Below, in pieces: positions 24,135 to 35,330 of a stretch of 64,000 nt of DNA. The notes below the pieces were generated by a model. That model ran no database searches and was not told where the DNA came from. It saw only the letters and a program-made list of their open reading frames with translations. Every line of letters starts with the position of its first letter. Positions within the stretch are counted from its first letter, which is position 1. The stretch covers positions 54,312,972 through 54,376,971 of the forward strand of contig NC_057718.1 of NCBI RefSeq assembly GCF_004010195.1. The letters are read 5' to 3'. The DNA is from Chiloscyllium plagiosum (lineage: Eukaryota). The translations under genes were made by a program, and so were the position numbers.

Positions 24135-26440
24135 AATGGGACCTCGAAGTAAAGGAGCCATTAGGAGGTAGTGACCATAATACAATAAGTTTTAATCAGC
24201 AATTTGAAAGGGAGGGGGTACAATCGGAAGTGACAATATTTCAGTTGAATAAAGGGAACTATGGAGCTATGAGGGAGGAGCTGGCCAAAGTTCAATGGTG
24301 CAATACCCTAGCAGGGATGGCAGTGGAACAACAATGGCAGGTATTTCTGGGTATAATGCCAAAGACGCAGGATCAGTTCATTCCAAAAAGGAAGAACGAT
24401 CCTAAGAGGAGGCAGGGGTGGCCGTGGCTGACGAGGGAAGTTAAGAAACATATAAAGTCAAAAGAGAAAAAGTATAACATAGCAAAGATGAGTGGGAAAA
24501 CGGAGGACTGGGAAGCTTTTAAAGAACAACAGAGGATTACTAAGAAGGAAATACGCAGAGAAAAAATGAGGTACAAAGGTGAACTGGCCAAAAATATAAA
24601 GGAGGATAGTAAAAGCTTTTTTAGGTATGTGAAAGGAAAAAAAAATGGTTAAGACTAAAATTGGGCCCTTGAAGACAGAAACGGATGAATATATTACGGG
24701 GAACAAAGAAATGGCAGAAGAGTTGAATTGGTACTTCAGATTTGTGTTCACTGGGGAAGACACAAGCAATCTCCCTGAGGTAACAGTGGCTGAAGGACCT
24801 GAACCAATGGGAATTTCTATTTGCCAGGAATAGGTGTTGGAGAGACTGTTAGGCCAGAAGGTTGATAAGTCCCCAGGACCTGATGGCACATCCCAGGGTA
24901 CTGAAGGAGGTGGCTCTCGAAATCATGGATGAATTGGTGATCATTTTCCAATGTTCTATAGATTCAGGATCAGTTCCTGCGGATTGGAGGGTGGCTAATG
25001 TTGTCCCACTTTTTAAGAAAGGAGGGAGAGAGAAAGCAGGGAATTATAGATCAGTTAGTCTGACCTCAGTGGTGGGAAAGATGCTGGAGTCAATTATAAA
25101 GGATGAAATTACGACACATCTGGATAGTAGTAACAGGATAGGTCAGAGTCAGCATGGATTTATGAAGGGGAAATCGTGCTTGACTAATCTTCTGGAATTT
25201 TTTGAGGATGTAACTTTGAAGATGGATGAGGGAGATCCAGTGGATGTAGTATATCTGGACTTTCAGAAAGCCTTTGATGAAGTCCCACATAGGAGATTAG
25301 TGAGCAAAATTAGGGCGCATGGTATTCGGGGCAAAGTACTGACTTGGATTGAAAATTGGTTGGCTGACAGGAAACAAAGAGTAGTGATAAACGGCTCCCT
25401 TTCGAATGGCAGGCGGTGACCAGTGGGATACCACAGGGATCAGTGCTGGGACCGCAGCTTTTTACAATATACATTAATGTTATAGAAGATGGTTTTAATA
25501 GTAACATTAGCAAATTTGCTGATGATACAAAGCTGGGTGGCAGGGTGAAATGTGAGAAGGATGTTAGGAGATTACAAGGTGACCTGGACAGGCAAGGTGA
25601 GTGGTCAGATGCATGGCAGATGCAGTTTAATGTGGATAAATGTGTGGTTATCCACTTTGGTGGCAAGAACAGGAAGGCAGATTACTACCTAAATGGAGTC
25701 AAGTTAGGTAAAAGGGCAGTACAATGAGATCTAGGTGTTCTTGTACATCAGTCAATGAAAGCAAGCATGCAGGTACAGCAGGTAGTGAAGAAAGCTAATA
25801 GCATGCTGGCCTTCATAACAAGAGGAATTGAGTATAGAAGCAAAGAGGTTCTTCTGCAGCTGTACAGGGACGTGGTGAGATCGCACCTGGAATATTGTGT
25901 GCAGTTTTGGTCCCCAAATTTGAGGAAAGACATTCTGGCTATTGAGAGAGTGCAGTGTAGGTTCACAAGGTCAATTCCCGGAATGGCGGGACTATCTTAC
26001 GTTGAAAGATTGGAGCGACTGGGCTTGTAAAACCTTGAGTTTAGAAGGCTGAGAGGGGATCTGATTGAGACGTATAAGATTACTAAAGGATTGGACACTG
26101 TGGAGGCAGGAAACATGTTTCCGCTCCCGAACCAGAGGACACAGTTTAAAAATAAGGGTAGGCCATTTAGAACAGAGTTGAGGAAAAACTTCTTCACCCA
26201 GAGAGTGATGAGTGTGTGGAATGCTCTGCCCCAGAAGGCTGTGGAGGCCAAGTCTCTGGATACTTTCAAGAAAGAGTTGGAGAGAGCTCGAAAGGATAGT
26301 GGAATCAAGGATTATGGGGATGGGGCAGGAACAGGATGCTGATTGAGGATGATCAGCCATGGTCATAATGAATGGTGGTGCTGGCTTGAAGGGCAGAATG
26401 GCCTACTCCTGCACCTATTGTCTATAATCTATTGTCTATA
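24135..26440 (+). mobile_element. CR1 LINE, 5'-truncated in the endonuclease domain, full RT, (TCTATTG)n tail
   Basis: LGGSDHNTISF (end of APE endonuclease), VDVVYLDFQKAFD, GIPQGSVLGPQLFTIYIN...ISKFADDTKLGG, FFTQRVMSVWNALP; a few stops and frameshifts. Confidence 0.96.
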
Positions 26441-26810
26441 TTGTTACCGGTGATAATGTACATTGTGTGCACATAGCTGATTCCACAATACAGAACAGAG
26501 CCTGAAGGCAAGACAGGTTCCTTCATATAAAAATGTCACATGTTTGATGTCAAGTAACTATCTTAAAGGTACCCGGTCTTTCTGGTCTAGAATCTATGTC
26601 ATAATATATCATTGTGTACCATCCCTAACAGCACCATAACCTCAAAAATGGATACTGATTTTGATGACTCACCAATACAATATTAAATATAGTAAGACAG
26701 TATGTCTTGCTGATGTGGCTCTTCTTTCAATATTTCCCATGGACATTCTTAGCTACTAGTGATACACTTTGCATACATAAGTGACACTCCAATGTCAGCA
26801 ATCAAAACAT

Positions 26811-27135
26811 GGGGACGTGATGGCATAATGGTTTTAATCCAGAAATGTTCTGGGGACCCAGGTTCAAATTCTGCCATGGCAGATGGTGGAATTTGAATTC
26901 AATAAATATCTGGAATTTGGAGTCTAATGATGACCATGAACCTCTTGTTGATTGTTGTTAAAAAACCCTTCTGGTTCACTAATGTCCTTTAGGGAAGGAA
27001 ACTGCTGGCCTATGTGTTACTCCAAAACCACAGCAATGTGGTTGACTCATCACTGCCCTCTGGGCAATTCGGAATGGATAATAAATGCTGACCTGCATGG
27101 TGACACATACATCCCATGAGTGAATATATTTTAAA
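26811..27135 (+). mobile_element. tRNA-derived SINE with a LINE-derived 3' tail
   Basis: A-box TGGCATAATGG at 26821-26831 and B-box GGTTCAAATTC at 26861-26871. The 3' end (gggcaatt...aataaatgctg...catcccatga) matches the LINE end at 35729-35790. Confidence 0.8.
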
Positions 27136-27189
27136 AATTAGAGAAGAAACTCACTAGCATCTAGAACTCAGTAAAATACTCAGTTATAA

Positions 27190-27860
27190 ATAAAATAAAG
27201 AACTGAGGATGCTTGAGTTCTGGAACAAAATCAGGAAGTGCTGGACAAGCTCAGCAGCAAGAGCAGAGCAAAAAACAGAGTTAATGTTTTGAGTCCAGTG
27301 ACCCTTTGTTAGAACTGAAAGCGGCTAAGAAATTATGGTATTTATGCTGATGGGACTGAAAGGGTGGTAGAAATGTGTAGAATACAAGGTTTTGGAAATG
27401 GATGAAGGGGTCTGTGGACTAGGGAGTGTTCTCCTGTCCAAAGAAATGGAGGCCGAGAGAAAAACTACAGAAGGAGAGTTTGACATCATGCCAGTGGAGG
27501 AAATTCATTGAAGTGGAGGGATAAAAGGATAAAATTAAGTCCTTAGCACAGATTGTTCAGTATCTGAGAACGAAAGGTCAGAGGGTAAGGTAAATACCTG
27601 ACAAGGGGTGGGGTTAGGGGAAGAGATAGAGTCAGGAAGAGGGGGAGGGGAGGAATATTTCTTAGGGGTATTGATACTTCCAAGTTATTGAAGCTTGGAT
27701 CCCTTAATACCTAAATGGAATAGAGGAAGCTTCTTGTTAAAACATTGAACAAGGAGAAGAATGAAGTGGAACTGAGGTTCCGGTCAGCTTTGACATAGCA
27801 TGAGGCAATGCTGATAGAGAGAGAGTTAGACATTGTGCATGTGGTTGTGCATAACATTGA
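27190..27860 (-). mobile_element. Old PLE 3' end (ORF C-terminus, C-rich UTR, pLTR with decayed hammerhead)
   Basis: Minus strand at 27277-27317 reads cagttctaacaaagggtcactggactcaaaacattaactc, a decayed version of the motif at 35232-35268. Confidence 0.55.
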
Positions 27861-28834
27861 GTGTGGATCTCAAAATGTGACAAGAATAGCTGTTCAAAGA
27901 GAAGTGTACATCAGAGAGTTACCTGTTATCTCACTTATAAATAAGAGCAAACATAGATAATCCATATGAAAGCAATAACAGAAAACTACTTTTGGTATCC
28001 AAACATTAATAGAAGTATTGAAAAATTAATGAAAAATGTGATGTGTTTCTCTGAAGAAGAAATGATCTATCCAAAGTGCCTTCTATTCTACAGTCAAACA
28101 CAAAATAAAAGCATGGAAAGACATACTTGTCAATTTATTGAAGGGAAACAGCACCTTATTTGGTCAATGGCAAGACCAAATCGATACGTGTTAAATCTAT
28201 GTTCAATAACACAAGTGCTAAACTATTGAAATTGTGAGAAGTTGGATCGCAAATTTGTGGGTTTTCAGGGATGTTAGTGTTAGATAATGAAAGTTTATAT
28301 CAGAAGAGCTTGAAGTATTTCTGAGTATGAACTGAGTCACTTTCTCACATCGCCATATCATCCAGTATCAAATGGTGCTGCAGAAAAATACAGATTGTGA
28401 AGTGGTCTTTGAACAGGTATTTACTACACAACTAGCAAGGCAATAACTCCCATACTTTCCTTTGATACAGATACAGGATCTGCTCCTGTTCACAAGCTAT
28501 GAACTATAATCAACAAAACAGGTTCACTTTTGACATACTACACTTCCAGACCAGTATTCTATTTACACAAAACATATCATTCATCTTTTTTAATGGAATT
28601 TAACTTCAGTTTCACATTAATTCTTTGCTTAATTGGGCAGATGTAGTAATGTGATTTTAGTGAGAGGCTGTAGATTAATATGAATCACACTGTTTTGTGA
28701 CAAGAATTCAAAACCAGCAGCAAAAGCTACAAGCATCAAACGATTCTTTACCATCCAAGGACACACAGCAAAGGAGTGTATTTAAACCAAAACTAAAGAA
28801 AACTGGAAGCAAGGACAAAGTATCTATAAAGGCA

Positions 28835-29067
28835 GAGTGGAGACTGTGATGCTGGGAAAGCACAGCAGGTCAGGCAGCACCCGAGGAGCAGGAAGATGGA
28901 CCATGTCGAGCATAAGCCCTTCATCAGGACCGAAACTGCCACACAGCAACCAGCTTATGCCTGAAACATCGATTCTCCTGCTCCTCGAATGCTGCCTGGT
29001 CTGCTGTGCTTTTCCAGCACCACACTCACTCTGATCTCCAGCATCTGTAGTCCTCACTTTCTCCTAT
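28835..29067. mobile_element. Inverted pair of PLE pLTRs (GGGC-stem family)
   Basis: 28848-28895 is the reverse complement of about 28975-29022. Decayed hammerhead on the minus strand (ctgatgaagggcttatgctcgac) and a partial one on the plus strand (gcttatgcctgaaacatc). Confidence 0.8.
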
Positions 29068-30039
29068 CCATGATACCTGCCAAGAGATAGCAAGGAGTAC
29101 TTACATTCTTGTTTTTGAGCACATAGTAATCCTAATGTACACCTGTCTATATACTTGGAAACCTATGAATCATGAATTGAACAAAGATAGACTTTGTCTT
29201 ATATTTTTTAATAAAAGATTTCTGTTATTAATATAAGCTAATTAAACTTTGCATTACATTTTTTGTAAAAATACAAGTGAAAATAAATTACTATTCTATT
29301 CTATCTTGTGTATGCAATCACTTGATGTCTAACTATCTATTGCCATGGTTTTTAGTCGTGTCTTTATGTCGAGGTTTAGCTTTGAAAATGATAAATTATC
29401 AATTCCTCATAGCTGGGCTTCTAAGCAAAGGAGTGCTTTGGTACAAGCCCAGTTAGTATATTTACCTTTTTGTTTTGCATTATTGATTGAGTGCAAAAAT
29501 CTGCACTATCCATGATTTTTTTCAGTACTAGTGCCTTTATGCATACTCACCAAGTTAGGAATTTACAAAATTCATGACCTTGAAGAAAATGTTAAAAATG
29601 TCTAAAAAAGAAATAATTAAACAAGTGAGTATGTATATATTTTCAGAATAAGTGTAGATATATACAGGGGGAAAAATAGGCAGCAAGTGGTTTACTGAAA
29701 AATAAACTGATCTGTACACAGAGCTATTTGTGTGTTCTTGCTCCGAACAACCACGGCTACAATTCATTAGCTGCAAAGCACATTAGAATTCCCTGAGCAC
29801 ATCAATGGTATTGCTTTTCTTCCTTTATTTCTGAATTCTATCCAATATTCCCTCTAAGCTGCCTGAGAATACTGCGACACAGCAATCAGGAATGTACCAC
29901 ACTGTACAACAAACAGGCCACGCAGTACCAATGTTCCATTAAAGAGCTTTGTATGTATAGCCACACAGCAATCTTGAACATACCACACTGTGCAATAAAA
30001 AGACCATGCACAGCAAAGAACAATTGAAGAGTACTTTGA

Positions 30040-30260
30040 TCTTATCCATATTGATTCTGTCTTAATACAAACCTCTAAAACATCTTTACGCTCCAGCACT
30101 GTGATAGAATCATTCAGTAACAGTGCCAATCCGTTATGTTTTCTTCCCTCCTCATCTCTACTGACAAGATTAATCCAATGGCACTAATTCCACAGTTCAG
30201 TTGTGACAACTATATTGTATTGTTCCACAGACATTAGTTCAGTTAAATTTTCTTTTGAAT
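30040..30260 (-). mobile_element. Old CR1 endonuclease relic
   Basis: ALLLNDSITVLERKDVLEVCIKTESIWI in ORF 29854..30129(-). Confidence 0.55.
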
Positions 30261-31034
30261 ATCATTGCATTTACTTTATTCACCATTCAAACCTGACTCA
30301 ACATTTGCAAATGTATTCTTTTTGATGGATTACTGATTGAATTTTTGGAAATCCCCCGCCCATTTTAAAGCAGTTTTTTTTTAACTCAGTGAAACATTCT
30401 CCTCTATTGTTCTCCTAACATTCCTTCCAGGTGACTCAGTAATTTACTTGTAATTTTTTTCAATTTAATAGATAATACTCGTTACTTTAGATGCAGTTTT
30501 CTCTAAACAGAGAGACCAAATACAGATTTAAGTACCTATTGGGAAAGGTGGGAATGTGGGATTTGAAACACCAACACATTAACCATGATCTTTGTGAATG
30601 GCACCTTAGACTTGAGGGACTAAACCGTATACTTCTGCTCTTATTACTTATGTCTTTAGTGCAGTGATTATAACATGGTCAGCCAAGTGGATGACATAGA
30701 ATATGGCTAACCTCATTACAATCACTGAAGTTAATGTGATGCTGAACTCACAGTTGCTTGCCATTTTCTTTCTCTATCCATGTTTGCCTGACCTTGGTCT
30801 CATACATTCATTCCACGGTAGCTTTACAGAACTGAAAGTTACAGAACCTCATATTTGATTATAACTTTCAGGCCTCAGAAACAAGTTAAACAAATCCATT
30901 TTCAATTATTGGTCCGAGCAAATGCTAGTAATACCATTGATACTTAAGTAACAATTAGTCTCATGTAAAAGTTGACCCCAACCTTTGATCAAAAATGCCT
31001 TTAGATTTTATAATCAAAAAGGAATAAACAATTA

Positions 31035-31130
31035 ATGAGTCATAGAGTCAGAGAGATATACAGCACAGACCCTTTGGTCCAACTCATCCATGCCAAGCAG
31101 ATATCCCAACCTATTCTAGTCCCATTTGCT
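31035..31130 (-). mobile_element. CR1 3' UTR fragment, joined head-to-head with the next CR1
   Basis: gagtcatagagtc...ggtccaactcatccatgcc...gatatcccaacc is a reversed CR1 3' end. Confidence 0.85.
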
Positions 31131-31486
31131 TGGAGCATCGGAGGCTGAGAGGTGTCCTTAGAGAGGTTTACAAAACCATGAAGGACATGGATAGGGTAAA
31201 TAGAGAAGGTCTTTTCCTTCGGATGGGGAAGTCTAGACCTCGAGGGCATAGGTTTAGGGTGAGAGGGAAAAGATATAAAAGAGACCTAAGTGGCAACTTT
31301 TACACGCAGAGGGTGGTGTGTGTATGGAATGAGCTGCCAGAGGCAGTGGCGAAGGCTAGTACAATTGCAACATTTAAAAGGTATCTGCATTGGTATATGA
31401 ATAGGAAGGGGTTGGGATATCTGGTCGGCATGGATGAGTTGGACCGAAGGGTCTATTTCCGTGCTGTACGTCTCTATGACTCTATG
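31131..31486 (+). mobile_element. CR1 3' fragment
   Basis: ORF 31130..31489 reads EHRRLRGVLREVYK...RGHRFRVRG...YTQRVVCVWNELP; tail tctatgactctatg. Confidence 0.92.
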
Positions 31487-31489
31487 TAG

Positions 31490-32882
31490 TAGGACTCCTG
31501 AGTCAGCATGGACTCGAACTCCCGGCCTCAGCATAAACTCGAACTCCCGGCCTCAGCGTGAAGTCGAACTCCCGGCCTCAGCGTGGACACGAACTCCCGG
31601 CTTCGGCGTGGACTCAAACTCCCGGCCTCGGCGTGAACTCGAACTCCCGGCCTCGGCATGGACTCAAACTCCCGGCCTCGGCGTGGACTCAAACTCCTGG
31701 CCTCAGCGTGAACTTGAACTCCCGGCCTCGGTGTGAACTCGAACTCCCAGCCTCGGTGTGAACTCGAACTCCCGGCCTCGGTGTGAACTCGAACTCCCGG
31801 CCTCAGCGTGGACTCGAACTCCCAGCCTCGGCGTGGATTCAAACTCCCGGACTCGGCGTGGACTCGAACTCCCAGTCTCGGCGTGGACTCGAATTCCCGG
31901 ACTCGGCGTGGACTCGAACCCCCGGCCTCGGCATGGACTCGAACTCCCGGCCTCAGCGTAAACACGAACTCCCAGCCTCAGCGTGGACACGAACGCCCAG
32001 CCTCAGCGTGAACACGAACGCCCAGCCTCGGCATGGACTCGAACTCCTGGCCTCAGCGTGGACTCGAACTCCTGGCCTCGGCATGGACTCGAACTCCCGG
32101 CCTCAGCGTGGACACGAACCCCCGGCCTCAATGTGGACACGAACTCCCGGCCTCGGCATGGACTCGAACTCCCGGACTCGGCATGGACTCGAACTCCCGG
32201 CCTCAGCGTGGATACGAACCCCCGGCCTCGGCATGGACTCAAACTCCCGGCCTCAGCGTAAACTCGAACTCCCAGCCTCAGCGTGGACACGAACGCCCAG
32301 CCTCGGCATGGACTCAAACTCCCGGCCTCAGCATGGACTCGAATTCCTGGCCTCAGCTTGGACTCGAACTCCCGGCCTCAGCATGGACACGAACCCCCAG
32401 CCTCGGCGTGGACTCGAACTCCCGGCCTCGGCATGGACACGAACCCCCGGCCTCAATGTGGACACGAACTCCCGGCCTCGGCATGGACTCGAACTCCCGG
32501 ACTCGGCATGGACTCGAACTCCCGGCCTCAGCGTGGACACGAACCCCCGGCCTTAGCGTGGACTCAAACTCCCGGCCTCAGCGTGAACTCGAACTCCCGG
32601 CCTCAGCGTGGATTTGAACTCTTGGCCTTAACAGGGACATGTCTCCCAGCACTCTGGGACACAAGGTGAAACCCGGTGTGGTCTGGGTTGAAAGGACTGT
32701 TAATACATGTCTCTATCTTCATAATTTATCGCTGGACTTTTAATTTCTTTATTTTTCTCATTTTTGTCCCTAAGAATTTGTACTTAAGAATCTAAGATGG
32801 CACCATAAGTGACAACCTATAAACCTTTCACTGTACTTATGTGAGTACATGTGACAATAAAGCAAATTCTAAAATTCTAAAA
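31490..32882 (+). mobile_element. Non-autonomous retroelement with an internal VNTR and a Rex1/Babar-type 3' tail
   Basis: The 3' end tttcactgtactt...tacatgtgacaataaa(aattcta)n resembles the Rex1 end at 37837-37888. 32733-32880 is homologous to the reverse complement of 53253-53420. Confidence 0.65.
31504..32628. repeat. 25-bp CpG-rich minisatellite, about 45 copies, consensus GGACTCGAACTCCCGGCCTCRGCRT
   Basis: Directly visible 25-nt period. Most variants are CpG transitions. It explains all the overlapping 25-aa-periodic ORFs. Confidence 0.98.
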
Positions 32883-34364
32883 CAGTTCTAAGAGTACGAT
32901 ACAGATTTAGTAGGATGCTGCCGTATACTAGGCAATTCAATTACAAAGCAAGACTCGTAAAATTGGACCTTTTTGTTAGGACCTGCAGTTTACTAATCAT
33001 TATAATAGCGCTGTTCAAAATTCTGAACAGGGGAACTCACACAAACGTTTCTGCAGTTGAAGAAATAAAAAGAAGTTATCATAGATTCAGGATTAAATAT
33101 AAACCGTGTACAATTAAGTACAGAAGAAATACTTTTGCACGGCTGGCTGTATGCCTCTGTAATTCATTTCTAAAGTTAGTGGTTGAGTCAGCAATTTTGT
33201 TAATATTCAAAACTAGATTACTTTGGGTTGAGGATTACATGGAACTGAGAAATTAAATATGATTGAAACTGGTAACTTCAACTGGTTTTATTTGAAAGAC
33301 CTGTTTCTGGGTTGGAACATCTTTGTAAAATTAGGTATATATTGCAGATAAAGTCAGCTTTGTTTGTGTCTTAGAAATTGTACATTCTCATTCTGCCGTA
33401 AGCATGGAAGTTTGGATGTAATTTGACCAGTTGCAAATTTCAACAATGCAATAGTTATGAAAAACAATTCCGTCCCTGTAGCTTTGCACTAATGATGCCC
33501 AAGTCTTGATTACAGGCTTAGACCTTTGTCTAAACACAGGTCCTAAAATTTATGTTTGACATGCATCTAATGTATTTCCAAGAGCATTAAAACTAGCTTT
33601 TATTTTATTGTACATTCTGGATCTCATTGATGAGCCATTTCAAACCTGGATATCCATGAAGTTACATCGGTCTATGGCATTAACAGAATTATGTTCAACT
33701 GCAGTTTGTAATCTCCTGGTCTGGCATACCTCTCATTCTGTCATTGTCATCAAGACAAACGATCAACACTGGGTCAATGAGAAGTGCAGGAGCATACGCC
33801 ATAAGCAGCACTCAGCATCACTAAAAATGATGTGCCAACCCAGTGAAACCTGGAAACTTGCATGACAAATGATAAAAGCTGTATAAAATAGATACACCTA
33901 AGCAGTCCCATAACCAATTGATCAAATACAGTCATGCCACTTGAAAGGTTGCGGCCAATTAAACAATTAACTGGAGGAGGAATCTCCACAAATGACCTCA
34001 TCCATCAATGATGGGGGACCTCAGTACATTAGAGTGAAAACAAAGGCTGAAACATTTGAAACCATCTTCAGCCGAAACTATCAAGTGAATAATCCATATC
34101 AGCCTTTGCCTGAGGACCTCAGCATTACAGTTGACAATCTCCAGTCAAATCAATTTATTCCATGCAATATCAAGAAGCAGTTGAAGGCAGTGAAGACAGA
34201 AGACTATGGTGCTTGACAACAGTCCAGTTGGTAATAACATTGATGATTTGTGCACCAAAACTAGCCATGCACCAATCAAGTTGTCCTAGAGCAACAGTAA
34301 CACTGGCATCAACAATCAATGCGAAAAAATGCGTAGGTATGTCCTTCCAAAAAAAAGGTCAATC

Positions 34365-34467
34365 ACTCCAAAACAGAAAATGCTGGAAAATCTCAGCAGG
34401 TCTGGCAGCATCTGTAAGGAGAGAAAAGAGCTGACGTTTTGAATCTAACTGACCCTTTGTCAAAGCT
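34365..34467 (-). mobile_element. PLE pLTR relic with decayed hammerhead
   Basis: Minus strand reads agctttgacaaagggtcagttagattcaaaacgtcagctc...gatgctgccagacctgctgagattttccagcattttctgttt. Confidence 0.6.
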
Positions 34468-34819
34468 GATCAAAGTCAATCACTCTCCCATCTGTCCTTG
34501 CTCAATCATCAGCTAACCAATGGGAGGTGCTTTTGACAATGCGTCAATGAGCACTAACCTAGCTATGTAGCAATAACCTGCTCACTGATGCTCAGATTGA
34601 GTTCCTCCCGAACCATTTGGTTTCTAATCTTACAGAATTTTGATCCAAACTTGATGAAACTCACTTTCAAGGAGTGAGATAGAGTGCCTGCCCTTGACAT
34701 TAAGGGAGCATTTAACCAAGTCTGGAATCAAGGAATTCCAGTGAAATGGACAGCAAGGGAAATGAGAGAGGAAACTTTCCATTGAGAGAATCACAGTTAA
34801 CACAAATGATAGGTGTTTT

Positions 34820-34922
34820 CCAATCAACCTGTTCAGAGCCATTATTACACCGCACTGGAGCAGGTGGGACTAGAATCCAGGCTTCCAAGTAGAGACACTA
34901 CCACTGCACTACAAGAGGTCCT
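34820..34922 (-). mobile_element. Short tRNA-derived SINE head
   Basis: Minus strand has an A-box-like TAGTGCAGTGG and a B-box-like GGATTCTAGTCC. Confidence 0.5.
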
Positions 34923-35228
34923 AGCACAAAGGTGCTTCATCAAAGACATTCTCTGCTTGTTGATGATTGTGCAATATTCAGCACCATTTGCAGTCTGTAT
35001 CCACAAATGGTAGGACCAGGATTATATTCAGTTTTGATAAATAGCAAGTAACAGGCAATGACAATTTGCAACAAGACAGAAACTAATCAATTGAACGTTC
35101 AATGGCATTGCTATCACTGAATCTCTACCAGCACACATGTGGTTCAGAAACTGAACTAAATCATGACTGTGTCTACAAGAGCAAGTCTGACATGGTAATT
35201 CCGTAGTGAATAACTCACCTCCCTACAT

Positions 35229-35330
35229 CTGTTCTGATGAAGGGTCACTGAACTCAAATGTTAACTTTGTTTTCGCTCTTCAGATGCAACTAAACCTACT
35301 GAATTTCTCCAGCACCTTTTGGTTTTGTCT
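35229..35330 (+). mobile_element. PLE pLTR relic with partly decayed hammerhead
   Basis: GTT-CTGATGA-a-GGGTC-actg-AACTC-AAATGTT-AAC. Stem I (GTT/AAC) is kept; GAAAC is mutated. Confidence 0.6.

Larger units (their letters stand above)
24080..28520 (+). mobile_element. Fragmented Ty3/Gypsy pol relic (RT, RNase H, integrase), interrupted by CR1, SINE and PLE insertions
   Basis: IPNVLCL (24112-24132) then IVTGDN (about 26440-26457); RNase H-like KWILILMTHQYNIKYSK (26646-26696); integrase zinc-finger region MKAITENYFWYPNINRSIEKL (from 27966); integrase core SPYHPVSNGAAE (28350-28385). The order RT-RH-IN is Gypsy. Confidence 0.7.

Noticed and set aside
29876..29992. Imperfect ~30-bp direct repeat (acacagcaatc...taccacactgt)
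   Set aside because: Only two copies with no associated structure; probably a local duplication.
31434..32669. Many overlapping ORFs with 25-aa repeats, and a CRISPR-like appearance
   Set aside because: A stop-free 25-nt unit opens all frames. Units are contiguous with no unique spacers, there are no cas genes, and the DNA is eukaryotic.
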